Shown here: one piece after another, positions 1-8,869 of the stretch
How positions within the stretch are numbered: position 1 is the stretch's first letter
Layout: each line of letters starts with the position of its first letter
Assembly (NCBI GenBank): GCA_965261735.1
Contig: OZ253470.1
Span: 32,001 to 96,000, forward strand
Origin: Alphaproteobacteria bacterium
Lineage (GTDB): Bacteria > Pseudomonadota > Alphaproteobacteria > SHVV01
Length of the DNA stretch: 64,000 nt
Reading direction: 5' to 3'
Notes under the pieces: generated by a model
Told to the model about the DNA's origin: nothing
The model's database searches: none
Seen by the model: only the letters and a program-made list of their open reading frames with translations
Position numbers and translations under genes: made by a program

Positions 1-249
1 GAGGATGAGCTTGCGCTCGCGGTCGCGGGTATGAAGCTCAAGAGCGCGTTCCGATTCAGTGGATGCGCGATCGGCGACGTCCGGCTCCTGGGAGTTCTCC
101 TCCTGGAGATGATGCAGGGTTTGGCTCGACTCCCTCAGGAGCTCGCCTCGCCATTGCAGCAGTTTGCGCCGGAAATACTCGCGCTGGCGCGCGTTCATGA
201 AGGACTCCTCCTCGCCCGGCCGATAGTTCCTCGGTAAACGCCGCGCCAT
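1..249 (-). CDS. dksA: RNA polymerase-binding transcription factor DksA (5' part; runs off window start)
   Basis: Not in ORF track. Manual translation from ATG at 249: MARRLPRNYRPGEEESFMNARQREYFRRKLLQW...EPDVADRASTESERALELHTRDRERKLI, with the DxxDxA coiled-coil tip. Adjacent to fliX as in many Alphaproteobacteria. Confidence 0.93.
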   Translation of the reverse strand, partial: MARRLPRNYRPGEEESFMNARQREYFRRKLLQWRGELLRESSQTLHHLQEENSQEPDVADRASTESERALELHTRDRERKLIL

Positions 250-369
250 GATCGCTCTCTGCCCCACCTCGTCTGAAAAAACCGGCGGAGTATATGAATC
301 CCGCGCCGGGTCAGCAAGGCAAACCCGTCACTTGTCAACAAAGATTGATGATCGGACAGGAGAGGCCGA

Positions 370-789
370 CTACGGGTGGACCTTTAGCTTGGCAAGCTCC
401 ACGCGGGCCCGCAGCTCTATTTCGTCGAGAATCATCGCCAGGTGCGGCTCGATGAACTCCTTGCGCCGCTGCTCGACCATCCGTACCAGCTGATCAAGCT
501 GATGGCGGGGGATGGAGCCCGCGAGGAGGCCGAGCCTGATGTCCTCGAGTCGGTCGAGCATGTCGTTGCCGTGGGCCAGCCCGCGCGAGGGCGCGCTCGT
601 TGCATCGGGGACCTCCTGCAGCGGCAGCAGCGCTTCCACCGCGGCTAGGGGTCCGGCGCCAGCGACGGACGCCGCGGCGGTCTCCTCGCCATGGCTCTCG
701 GGCATGAAGACCTCATCACCCTTCTTGGCCGCCTTGCCAGTGCGGCGCACGGTGCCAGTGCGAACCGGACCCGGACCTTCGATCTTCAT
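370..789 (-). CDS. fliX: flagellar trans-acting regulator FliX
   Basis: C-terminal part of ORF 370..1383 from MKIEGPG (ATG 789). Motifs LLPLQEVPD, G.DMLDRLEDIRLGLLAG and LDEIELRARVELAK are typical of FliX; next to dksA. Confidence 0.85.
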   Translation of the reverse strand: MKIEGPGPVRTGTVRRTGKAAKKGDEVFMPESHGEETAAASVAGAGPLAAVEALLPLQEVPDATSAPSRGLAHGNDMLDRLEDIRLGLLAGSIPRHQLDQLVRMVEQRRKEFIEPHLAMILDEIELRARVELAKLKVHP

Positions 790-795
790 GGCTTC

Positions 796-1278
796 CACCT
801 CGGCGCGCTTGGCTCGGGGGGCGGCGTTACCGGCGTCGCCGTCGATTCCAAGGGCGATCTCTACGTTTCGGGCCTTACCACGAACGCGGCGCTCGATACC
901 ACCGTTAAGAACGCACATTCCGGCGACATCGACGCCTTCGTATTGAATGTCAAGGACAATCCCGCCGGCGGAACGATCCAATACGTTACCTACGTCGGCA
1001 CCAGCACAACGGACCGCGGGCTGGGCGTCGCCGTGGATACCGGCGACGACAGCTTCTATGTAACCGGGGACACTATCGGTACACTCGCCGGCGAAACCAA
1101 GACCGGCGACGTGGATACGTTCGCCGCCAAGTTCGACAAGAACGGAATCCTCCAGTTCACGCACCAGTTCGGGGGCGCGTTCGACCATTCGGGAGCCGCC
1201 ATCGCCTTCGACGCCAACGGCACCTGCGTGTTGTCGCGGCTCGGGCTCCCAGGGGGCGATATTCCGGTCGAGGATGCA
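796..1278 (+). pseudogene. internal fragment of an SBBP beta-propeller repeat protein (FlaEY-like), truncated at both ends
   Basis: Repeats GVAVDSKGDLYVSGLT, GVAVDTGDDSFYVTGDT, GD.DAFV and GDVDTFAAKFD, then VLSRLGLPGG. No plausible own start (abuts the fliX start); the frame runs into the IS1595 left end. Left boundary approximate. Confidence 0.6.
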
Positions 1279-2387
1279 ACCTTGCCTATCCGGTTTACAC
1301 CCACACCCACTAGGGCTAGAATGGGCGCAAACCGGATATAGGGGAGCGCGCCATGGATGTTCTCGACCGCGCCGATCTCCCATTCCCGCATTCGCTACCC
1401 GAGTTCCAGCGACTTTTCCCCGATGATGCGGCCTGCGCCGCCTACCTGGAGAAAGCCCGCTGGGGAGACGGCTTTGCCTGCCCGCACTGCGGCACGGCGG
1501 GAGAGCCGTTCCACTTTGAAAACCGCCCTGGCGTCCTGCGCTGCCGCAAGTGCCGCCAGAACACCGGGCTGACGGTGGGAACAGTGATGGAGCGTAGCCA
1601 CACTCCGCTGAACGTCTGGTTCTGGGCCGCTTATCTGGTCGCCAGTCAGACGCCCGGCATGTCCGCCGTGCAGTTTCAGCGGCAACTTGGTCTTTCGCGC
1701 TACGAGACGGCCTTTCAAATTCTCCACAAGCTCCGCTCGGGCATGGTGCGGCCCAACCAAGACAGGATCGGTGGACAGCCCAAGAACCATGTTGAGGTGG
1801 ACGAAACCTGGGTTGGCGGGCGAACGCGTGGGGAAGGCCGTGGTGTTCACCACAAGGTTCCCGTCTCCTGTGCCATCGAGGTGCGTCATCGAAAGCCGGG
1901 CACCAAGCTCGACAACCGGAAAGACGGACGCTATGCCGGACGCGTTCGGCTCGCCGTCGTGCTCGACCGTAGCGCCGAGTCGCTCTGTGGGTTCGTCGAG
2001 AGCACCGTCGCGCCGCGATCGCTGATCGTTACTGACGATTGGAGCGGCTATGCTGGCCTCGGTAAGCGCGGCTATGAGCACTTCGCTGTTGCCGAGTGTG
2101 GTGATCCAGAGGTTGCCGAGCAATACCTGCCGATCATCCATCTGGTTTTCGCCAACCTGAAGACGTGGCTGATCGGTATCCACCACGGCGTTAGCCACCA
2201 GCACCTACAAGCCTACCTCAACGAGTTCACCTTCCGCTTCAACAGGCGGTTCTACCCGTTCAACGCCTTCCGCTCATTGCTCGGCATCGCGGGCGACACC
2301 TCTGCTCCAACCTATGCCGAGCTTTACTCGGGAGAGTGGCGGCACCCTACATGTAGCGGTCATGGGCGTTAACCGGATAGGCAAGGT
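1279..2387 (+). mobile_element. IS1595-family insertion sequence (probably ISSod11 group)
   Basis: 25-bp terminal inverted repeats: accttgcctatccggtttacaccca (1279-1303) vs reverse complement of 2363-2387, accttgcctatccggttaacgccca (23/25 match). Encloses the transposase. No flanking direct repeat seen. Confidence 0.92.
1353..2372 (+). CDS. IS1595-family DDE transposase with N-terminal zinc ribbon
   Basis: CPHCG...CRKC zinc ribbon; VEVDETWVGG, IVTDDWSGY, IHLVFANLK and YLNEFTFRFNRR motifs. Confidence 0.95.
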   Translation: MDVLDRADLPFPHSLPEFQRLFPDDAACAAYLEKARWGDGFACPHCGTAGEPFHFENRPGVLRCRKCRQNTGLTVGTVMERSHTPLNVWFWAAYLVASQTPGMSAVQFQRQLGLSRYETAFQILHKLRSGMVRPNQDRIGGQPKNHVEVDETWVGGRTRGEGRGVHHKVPVSCAIEVRHRKPGTKLDNRKDGRYAGRVRLAVVLDRSAESLCGFVESTVAPRSLIVTDDWSGYAGLGKRGYEHFAVAECGDPEVAEQYLPIIHLVFANLKTWLIGIHHGVSHQHLQAYLNEFTFRFNRRFYPFNAFRSLLGIAGDTSAPTYAELYSGEWRHPTCSGHGR

Positions 2388-2518
2388 ACGATCATATGGT
2401 AGCACAGCGCGAAAAAACACTTGCGCTGCGCCCTCTTCTACCCCTCCTCCACGACCCAGCATGAGCCGGAAATGGTTAAGGCTTCCTGAACGTTGGCGCA
2501 GGGCGAGGTGTCGCGGCG

Positions 2519-3166
2519 CTATGATTTCGCCTCTTTACCCTCCCCTTCGGCGGGCTCGTCGGGCACCGGACGGTGGCTCACGACCTCGTCGATAAGACCG
2601 AACTCCTTAGCCATCTCGGAGCTCATGAAATGATCGCGCTCGACGCTCTTCTCGATGACCGAAATCTCCTGGCCCGTGTGCTGGACGTAGATTTCGTTGA
2701 GGCGCTGCCGGAGCGACAGGATTTCCCGCGCATGGATCTCGATGTCGGTAGCCTGGCCCTGGAAGCCGCCGGAGGGCTGATGCATCATGATGCGCGCGTT
2801 CGGTAGCGCGTAGCGCATCTCTTTCGCGCCGGCGGCGAGCAAGAGCGAGCCCATCGACGCCGCCTGGCCCACGCACAGCGTCGACACCCGTGGCCGGATA
2901 TATTGCATGGTGTCGTAAATCGCCAACCCGGCGGTGATCAGGCCACCCGGCGAGTTGATGTAGAAGGCGATGTCCTTCTGCGGGTTCTCGGCTTCGAGGA
3001 ACAGGAACTGCGCCGTCACCAGGCTTGCGACTTCTTCGCTCACGGGCCCCGTGAGGAACACGATGCGCTCCTTGAGAAGCCGCGAATAGATGTCGTAGGC
3101 GCGCTCGCCACGGTTGGTCTGCTCGACCACCATGGGGACTAGCAGCTGCATCGTGCTCTGGCTCAT
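2519..3166 (-). CDS. clpP: ATP-dependent Clp protease proteolytic subunit
   Basis: [48 protein letters not shown]; follows tig. Confidence 0.98.
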   Translation of the reverse strand: MSQSTMQLLVPMVVEQTNRGERAYDIYSRLLKERIVFLTGPVSEEVASLVTAQFLFLEAENPQKDIAFYINSPGGLITAGLAIYDTMQYIRPRVSTLCVGQAASMGSLLLAAGAKEMRYALPNARIMMHQPSGGFQGQATDIEIHAREILSLRQRLNEIYVQHTGQEISVIEKSVERDHFMSSEMAKEFGLIDEVVSHRPVPDEPAEGEGKEAKS

Positions 3167-4617
3167 GTGGCCTGCGATCCTTCCGATGGCGCTGGCTTGC
3201 GCCCCTGTTTTCCCTTGGCTCGCGTCGTCCTCGGCTTTTTCTTCGTACTCTTCTTCGGCCTCTCGTCCGCCGCCTCGGCGGCGCTCTCGTTCGCCTCGAC
3301 GTCCTCGCCCTGAATGAGTTCCTGTGAGGAAACCTCGCGCTCGCTGACCTCGGCCATCTCGCAGATAAAGTCGACGACCTTTTCCTCGAAGAGCGGCGCC
3401 TTGATCTGCGCCAGCGCCTGCGGGTCGTTCTGGTAGTACTCGATGATCTTTCGTTCCTGCCCCGGGAAACGCCGCGCCTGCTCGGCGAGCGCCCGGTTCA
3501 CCTCGTCCTGCTGGACTATTATATTGTTCGCCTCTCCGACCTGCGCAAGCAGCAGCCCGAGGCGGACGCGGCGTTCCGAGATCACTCGATACTCAGCCTT
3601 AATCTCTTCCTCGTCTCGGTCCGCGTCGGCTGGGTCGGGCTCGCCCCTCTCCTTGGCTTCCTCGAACTGCTTCCAGATCGCCTCGAACTCGGCATCGACT
3701 AGGCTCGGCGGCACCTCGAAATCGTGGCTTGCGGCGAGCGCATCGAGCAGTTTGCGCTTGAGGATGCGGCGCGAGATACCCTCGTATTCTTGGCTGACCT
3801 GGTTGCGCATGGCCTCTCGCAGCGCCGCTAGATCGGCGAGGCCGTAGCGTTCGGCGAGCGCGTCGTCGATCGTGACGGGCTCCGCCTCGCGCACTTCCTT
3901 GACCGTGACCTCGAACGACGCCGTCTTGCCGGCGAGGTTGGGCGCGGGGTAGTCGTCGGGGAAGCCAACCTCGAGAGGCCGCCGATCGCCACTCTTGACG
4001 CCGACAAGCTGCTCCTCGAAGCCGGGCAGGAAGGTGCTCGATCCGAGGACGAGCTGGTAGTCCTCCGCGCTCCCGCCCTCGAACGGCTCGCCGTCGATCG
4101 TTCCAGCGAAGTCGATCACCAGGGCGTTGCCCTCTCCCGCTTCATGACCCTCCGCCGCGGCGACATACGACTTCTGCTCGTCGGCCATGCGCTGCAGCAT
4201 CCGCTCCACGTCCTCGTCGTCGACTGTGACGCGCAGCCGTTCGAGCTGGAGCGTCGAGAAGTCGGTGGGGACGATCTCCGGCAATACCTCGACCGCCATG
4301 GTGTATTCGAGGTCGGTCCCCTCTTCGAAGCGGGTGACCTCGATCTTGGGCTGTAACGCCGGTTTGAGACCGCTTTCGCTGATCGCCTGCTGCGTCGAAT
4401 CGTTGACCGCTTCCTCGAGAACTTCGCCCCGCAAGGCCTCGCCATAACGCTTCTTCAACAGCGAGAACGGGACCTTGCCCGGGCGAAAGCCCGGCAGGCG
4501 TATGGACTTGCCGAGGTCGCTGAGCTTCGACGTTACTTTGCCTTCGATATCCTCGGCCGACACGACGACCTTGAATTCGCGCTTCAGCCCTTCCGTGAGG
4601 GTTTCGGTCACTTGCAT
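3163..4617 (-). CDS. tig: trigger factor
   Basis: [19 protein letters not shown] ribosome-binding signature, FKBP domain; tRNA-Leu-tig-clpP synteny. Confidence 0.98.
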   Translation of the reverse strand: MQVTETLTEGLKREFKVVVSAEDIEGKVTSKLSDLGKSIRLPGFRPGKVPFSLLKKRYGEALRGEVLEEAVNDSTQQAISESGLKPALQPKIEVTRFEEGTDLEYTMAVEVLPEIVPTDFSTLQLERLRVTVDDEDVERMLQRMADEQKSYVAAAEGHEAGEGNALVIDFAGTIDGEPFEGGSAEDYQLVLGSSTFLPGFEEQLVGVKSGDRRPLEVGFPDDYPAPNLAGKTASFEVTVKEVREAEPVTIDDALAERYGLADLAALREAMRNQVSQEYEGISRRILKRKLLDALAASHDFEVPPSLVDAEFEAIWKQFEEAKERGEPDPADADRDEEEIKAEYRVISERRVRLGLLLAQVGEANNIIVQQDEVNRALAEQARRFPGQERKIIEYYQNDPQALAQIKAPLFEEKVVDFICEMAEVSEREVSSQELIQGEDVEANESAAEAADERPKKSTKKKPRTTRAKGKQGRKPAPSEGSQAT

Positions 4618-4714
4618 GTCGTTCCTTGGGCCCCTATGCGGTCAGTCCGATCCGGCCTTGCGGGCCGGGGCAGAGGGCGTCCGCCGCTCCGGAGGGAGAG
4701 CCGAGCGGAAGGCG

Positions 4715-4799
4715 TGGTGCGGGCGGAGGGACTCGAACCCCCAAACCTTGCGGCACCAGATCCTAAATCTGGCGTGTCTACCAGTTCCACCACGCCCGC
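4715..4799 (-). tRNA. tRNA-Leu (TAG)
   Basis: Reverse complement GCGGGCGTGGTGGAACTGGTAGACACGCCAGATTTAGGATCTGGTGCCGCAAGGTTTGGGGGTTCGAGTCCCTCCGCCCGCACCA: 85 nt, long variable arm, CCA end. Confidence 0.97.
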
Positions 4800-4914
4800 A
4801 AGCCCGCTCGCGCAGGCCGGTCGCCCGCGTGAAAGCGCCGCACTCTATAGCATATCGGAATCGCGCTTCGACAAGGATTTCATCAACGCGGTCGAGCGCC
4901 TGGCTCGTCCGCCG

Positions 4915-7287
4915 CTAATCGCCGAGGCAGGCGCTCGCGCAGGCGTCGAGGACCGCGTTGGCGTCGAGCCCGTAGCTGCGATAAAGGTCCGGAATGTCGC
5001 CCGACTGCCCGAAATGATCGACCCCGAGCGGGTACACCCGGTGCCGCGCGACCGAGCCGAGCCACGACAGGGCGGCGGGGTGGCCGTCGATCACGGTGAC
5101 CAGTGCGGCTCGAGGCGACAGCGTCGCGAGCAGATTCTCGATATGCGCCGGTGGCGACGATACGCCCCCCGACCTCCCTCTGAGGGCCGCGACCCAGTTG
5201 GCGTGGAGGCGATCGGCCGAGGGCACGGCGAGAAGGCCGGCACCGGGAATGTCGTCGGCGAGCTGTTGGTGGGCCGACAGCGCCTCGGGCGCAACGACAC
5301 CCGAATAGACGATCGCGAGCTCGGCGTCCCGGCCCGGCGCAACCTGCCAGTAGGCGCCGGCCAACAGGTCGTCGCGCAGCTCCGCCGTCATTTCACGTTG
5401 GGGCTGTTCGACGGCTCGCGTCGATAGCCGCAGATACACCGAACCGCCGTCGTCGCGCTGCATGTGATCGAAGCCCCAGCGCATGATCTCCGCGAGTTCG
5501 TCGACGAACGCGGGGTCGAACGAGGCGAGCTTGTCCTGCCCCATGCCGATCAACGGCGTGATGATCGACTGGTGGGCGCCCCCCTCGGGCGCCAGCGAGA
5601 GGCCCGAGGGCGTCGCCACCACCATGAAGCGCGCGTCCTGATAGGTCGCGTAGTTGAGGGCATCGAGCCCGCGCTTGATGAAAGGGTCGTACAGCGTGCC
5701 TACCGGCAACAGTCGGCACCCGAACAACGGCCCGGAGAGCCCGAGCGCGGCCATCAGCAGGAAAAGGTTGTTCTCGGCAATCCCGAGCTCGATGTGCTGG
5801 CCCTCGTGCGACATGTTCCAGCGCTGCGCCGACACCACCTTTTCGGCGCGGAACACGTCCTCGCGCGTGTGGCGGTCGAAGATGCCGCGGCGGTTGACCC
5901 AAGGACCGAGGTTGGTCGAGACGGTGACGTCGGGCGAGGCGGTGACGAGCCGCGCCGCGAGCTCGCTGTCGCCCTTGCCGAGTTCGTTGAGGATGCGCCC
6001 GAACGCCTCCTGCGTGGCCCCGCGCGCAGCGCGCGTGTATTCGAGCTGCGCCGGGACGGCGATCGGGTCGGTGTCGTAGCGCCGCACCCCGCCGCGTACG
6101 AAGGGGACCGCCTCGAGGTACGCGGCGAGCTTGTCGGCATCGATGTCGAGTCCGGCAAAGGGCTCCCACTCCTGCCCCTCCGGCACCCGCTGGGCCCGCT
6201 GGAACGCCTGCATTTGCTCGACGTTCATCAGGCCGGCGTGGTTGTCCTTGTGGCCCGCGAACGGTAAGCCCCAACCCTTGATCGTGTAAGCGATAAAGCA
6301 GTGCGGTTGGTCGCTGTCGACGGAGTGAAATGCCTCCAGGATCGACTCCATGTCGTGCCCGGCGAGGTTGATCATGAGGGCATGGAGTCCGTTGTCGTCA
6401 TGCTCGTCGAGCAGCGCCTTGATCCCGGCCGTATCCCCGAGGTCGCGTGTGAGGTGTTCGCGCCAGCTCGCGCCGCCCTTGTAGGTCAGGGCCGAATATA
6501 GCGAGTTGGGGCAATCGTCGATCCACTGCCGGAGCGCATCGCCGCCGCGCTTGAGGAACGCGGCCTCGAGCCGCTTGCCGTATTTGAGGTTGATGACGTT
6601 CCACCCGGTGGTGCGGAAGACATCGTCGACGCGGGTAAAGACGTGATCGGTGATCACGCTGTCGAGGCTCTGGCGGTTGTAGTCGATAATCCACCACAGG
6701 TTGCGGACGTCGTGCTTCCAACCCTCGAGGAGGGCCTCGAAGATGTTGCCTTCGTCGAGCTCGCCGTCGCCCAGCAGAGCCACCATGCGCCCCGGCGGCG
6801 CATCATCGGGCACCATCTTCTTAAGCCGCAGGTAGTCCTGCGCGAGCGAGGCGAAGGTGGTAATGGCGACGCCGAGGCCGACCGATCCGGTCGAGAAATC
6901 GACGTCGTCCGTATCCTTGGTGCGCGAGGGGTAGGACTGGGCGCCGCCGAAGCCCCGGAAGCGCTCGAGCTTGTCGCGCGTCTGCCGGCCGAACAGGTAC
7001 TGGATGGCGTGATAGACCGGGCTCGCATGGGGTTTGACCGCGATCCGGTCCTGCGGGTTGAGGACGTGGAGATAGAGCGCCGTCAGCAGGGTTACGCAGG
7101 ATGAGCTCGACGCCTGGTGGCCGCCCACCTTGAGGTCGTCGTGGTGCGGCCGCAGGTGGTTGGCGTTGTGGATCATCCAGGTCGACAACCACAATATCTT
7201 GCGCTCCAACTCGAGCAGGAGCGCAAGATCGTCATAGTCGACGGTGGCGGCCGACTTGACGCGGCGGGCAGTTTGCGTTGACCGCAT
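4915..7287 (-). CDS. homodimeric AceE-type pyruvate/2-oxoacid dehydrogenase E1 (transketolase-like TPP enzyme)
   Basis: KVGGHQASS, GAQSYPSR, FSTGSVGLG, TPP motif GDGELDEG...N, LGIAENN, EGGAHQS. Start taken at MRSTQ (7287). Confidence 0.85.
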   Translation of the reverse strand: MRSTQTARRVKSAATVDYDDLALLLELERKILWLSTWMIHNANHLRPHHDDLKVGGHQASSSSCVTLLTALYLHVLNPQDRIAVKPHASPVYHAIQYLFGRQTRDKLERFRGFGGAQSYPSRTKDTDDVDFSTGSVGLGVAITTFASLAQDYLRLKKMVPDDAPPGRMVALLGDGELDEGNIFEALLEGWKHDVRNLWWIIDYNRQSLDSVITDHVFTRVDDVFRTTGWNVINLKYGKRLEAAFLKRGGDALRQWIDDCPNSLYSALTYKGGASWREHLTRDLGDTAGIKALLDEHDDNGLHALMINLAGHDMESILEAFHSVDSDQPHCFIAYTIKGWGLPFAGHKDNHAGLMNVEQMQAFQRAQRVPEGQEWEPFAGLDIDADKLAAYLEAVPFVRGGVRRYDTDPIAVPAQLEYTRAARGATQEAFGRILNELGKGDSELAARLVTASPDVTVSTNLGPWVNRRGIFDRHTREDVFRAEKVVSAQRWNMSHEGQHIELGIAENNLFLLMAALGLSGPLFGCRLLPVGTLYDPFIKRGLDALNYATYQDARFMVVATPSGLSLAPEGGAHQSIITPLIGMGQDKLASFDPAFVDELAEIMRWGFDHMQRDDGGSVYLRLSTRAVEQPQREMTAELRDDLLAGAYWQVAPGRDAELAIVYSGVVAPEALSAHQQLADDIPGAGLLAVPSADRLHANWVAALRGRSGGVSSPPAHIENLLATLSPRAALVTVIDGHPAALSWLGSVARHRVYPLGVDHFGQSGDIPDLYRSYGLDANAVLDACASACLGD

Positions 7288-7404
7288 GGGAAGCCCTTCC
7301 GGAGGTTCGTTCAGCTCGCGGGTAACAGGCCGTCGCGACGCCAATTATACCAGAGTGCGAGCCGACGCAAGGGGCGGCGAGCCATCTAAGATGAGCGCAC
7401 GCGC

Positions 7405-8823
7405 TCAGGTCTTGAGGAGGTTGCGCACCTCGGCGGAGGCGCTGATCAGGCCATCGCCACGGTAGTTCTCGTGGTTGGTCTCGATGTCGCCGAGCTTGTA
7501 GAGGTAGTTGACCATGGTGCCGGCGGACTGGGCGATGCCATTGGCCGAGCGGTTGGCGAGCCAATTGATGCGCTCGACGCGGGCGCCGTTGGAGAGATGG
7601 AAGTTGGCCACCGGATCGAGCGCGCGCAGCCCACTCTTCGCGTGCAGAAGGTATTGGGCGCACGCCCGCGTCAGCGGCGCCCGCACCGCCTCCACGGTAT
7701 CGGGCTCGCTCGGCCAGGTTGGCCGCGCAAGCAAGGCGGTCAGCGCGCTCGCCCCGTCGGCCTCGGCCGTCAGCGCCGCCAGCGCCTCGTCCTCGGCCGG
7801 AGTGAGCAGCATGCCATCGCGGGCCGCCAGGCGGGCGTCGAGCCAGCCGCGAAACCCGGGCACCGGCGAGAGCGTCGCAAACGCGCGGATGCCCGGGAAG
7901 TCGCGCGCCAAGTCGTCGACCACGCGCTTGATGAGGAAGCCCCCGAAATTGACACCAACCAATCCCTTCTGGGCGTTGGAGATGGAATAGAAGATGGCGG
8001 TGTCCGCCTTGTGGGGGTCATCGGCCGGCGCGTCCTCGTCGAGCAGTGCCTGGATGTTGCTGGCCATGCCGGTAACCAGCGCGACCTCGATGAAGATGAG
8101 TGGCTCGTCGGGCATCCGTGGGTGAAAGAAGGCGTAGCATCTACGGTCGGAATCGAGGCGGTTCTTGAGGTCGTCCCAGGAGCGGATTTCGTGTACCGCC
8201 TCATAGGCGATCAGCTTTTCGAGCTGGGCGGCGGGGGCGTTCCAGGTAATGCGCCGGAGTTCGAGGAAGCCGACGTCGAACCACGATATCAACAGCTGCT
8301 TGAGGTCCTGTTCGACCGCGCGCAGCGCCGGCGCCTGGTTCGCCATCCGCAGTAGATCGTCGCGCAGGTCGACGAGGAACTTGACGCCCTCGGGCAACGC
8401 GTTGAACCGGGTCATTAGGCGCACGCGGGGCGCGACCAGAGCGTCGCGCAGGCGCCCTTGGGCGGTCAAACGGTCGGCCTCTCCGCTGGCGCCCTGCAGG
8501 GCCTCGAGCGCGGCGTCGAGGGCGCTTCTGTCGACGCCGTAGTCGCTGGCCAGGAGCCCGAGGAAGCGGCCGCGCCCGGTTTCGTTGAGGCCGAGATAAA
8601 GCTCGCCGAGTTCGGCGGCCTGGCTTCGCGCCGAGACCTCGCCGCCACGCCCGGCCAGGCACGCATCGATCTGCTCGCGCAGATGCCCGAGCGCCGCGTC
8701 CGGAAGATCCGGATGCGGGGCGTTGGCGCCTGGCGCGCGCCCCGGCCGAACCGCCTCGCGCCAGACGCGGCTTAGACGCGAGAGGGTGCGATCGAGGATG
8801 CTCGGCGACGGGGCATCGTTCAT
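7405..8823 (-). CDS. malonyl-CoA decarboxylase
   Basis: WFDVGFLELRRITW, YEAVHEI, DRRCYAFFHP, FYSISNAQ.GL.GV.FG.FLIKRVV, TLSPVPGF, DPVANFHLSNGA. Confidence 0.95.
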   Translation of the reverse strand: MNDAPSPSILDRTLSRLSRVWREAVRPGRAPGANAPHPDLPDAALGHLREQIDACLAGRGGEVSARSQAAELGELYLGLNETGRGRFLGLLASDYGVDRSALDAALEALQGASGEADRLTAQGRLRDALVAPRVRLMTRFNALPEGVKFLVDLRDDLLRMANQAPALRAVEQDLKQLLISWFDVGFLELRRITWNAPAAQLEKLIAYEAVHEIRSWDDLKNRLDSDRRCYAFFHPRMPDEPLIFIEVALVTGMASNIQALLDEDAPADDPHKADTAIFYSISNAQKGLVGVNFGGFLIKRVVDDLARDFPGIRAFATLSPVPGFRGWLDARLAARDGMLLTPAEDEALAALTAEADGASALTALLARPTWPSEPDTVEAVRAPLTRACAQYLLHAKSGLRALDPVANFHLSNGARVERINWLANRSANGIAQSAGTMVNYLYKLGDIETNHENYRGDGLISASAEVRNLLKT

Positions 8824-8869
8824 GGCGCTGTAGTGCCTGCTCGGGCCACGGCTTTCAACCCTTCGATGT

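Noticed and set aside
31-237. 68-aa plus-strand ORF
   Set aside because: Antisense shadow of dksA.
370-1383. 337-aa ORF as an extended FliX
   Set aside because: The upstream part is the antisense of the SBBP fragment and IS end; FliX begins at 789.
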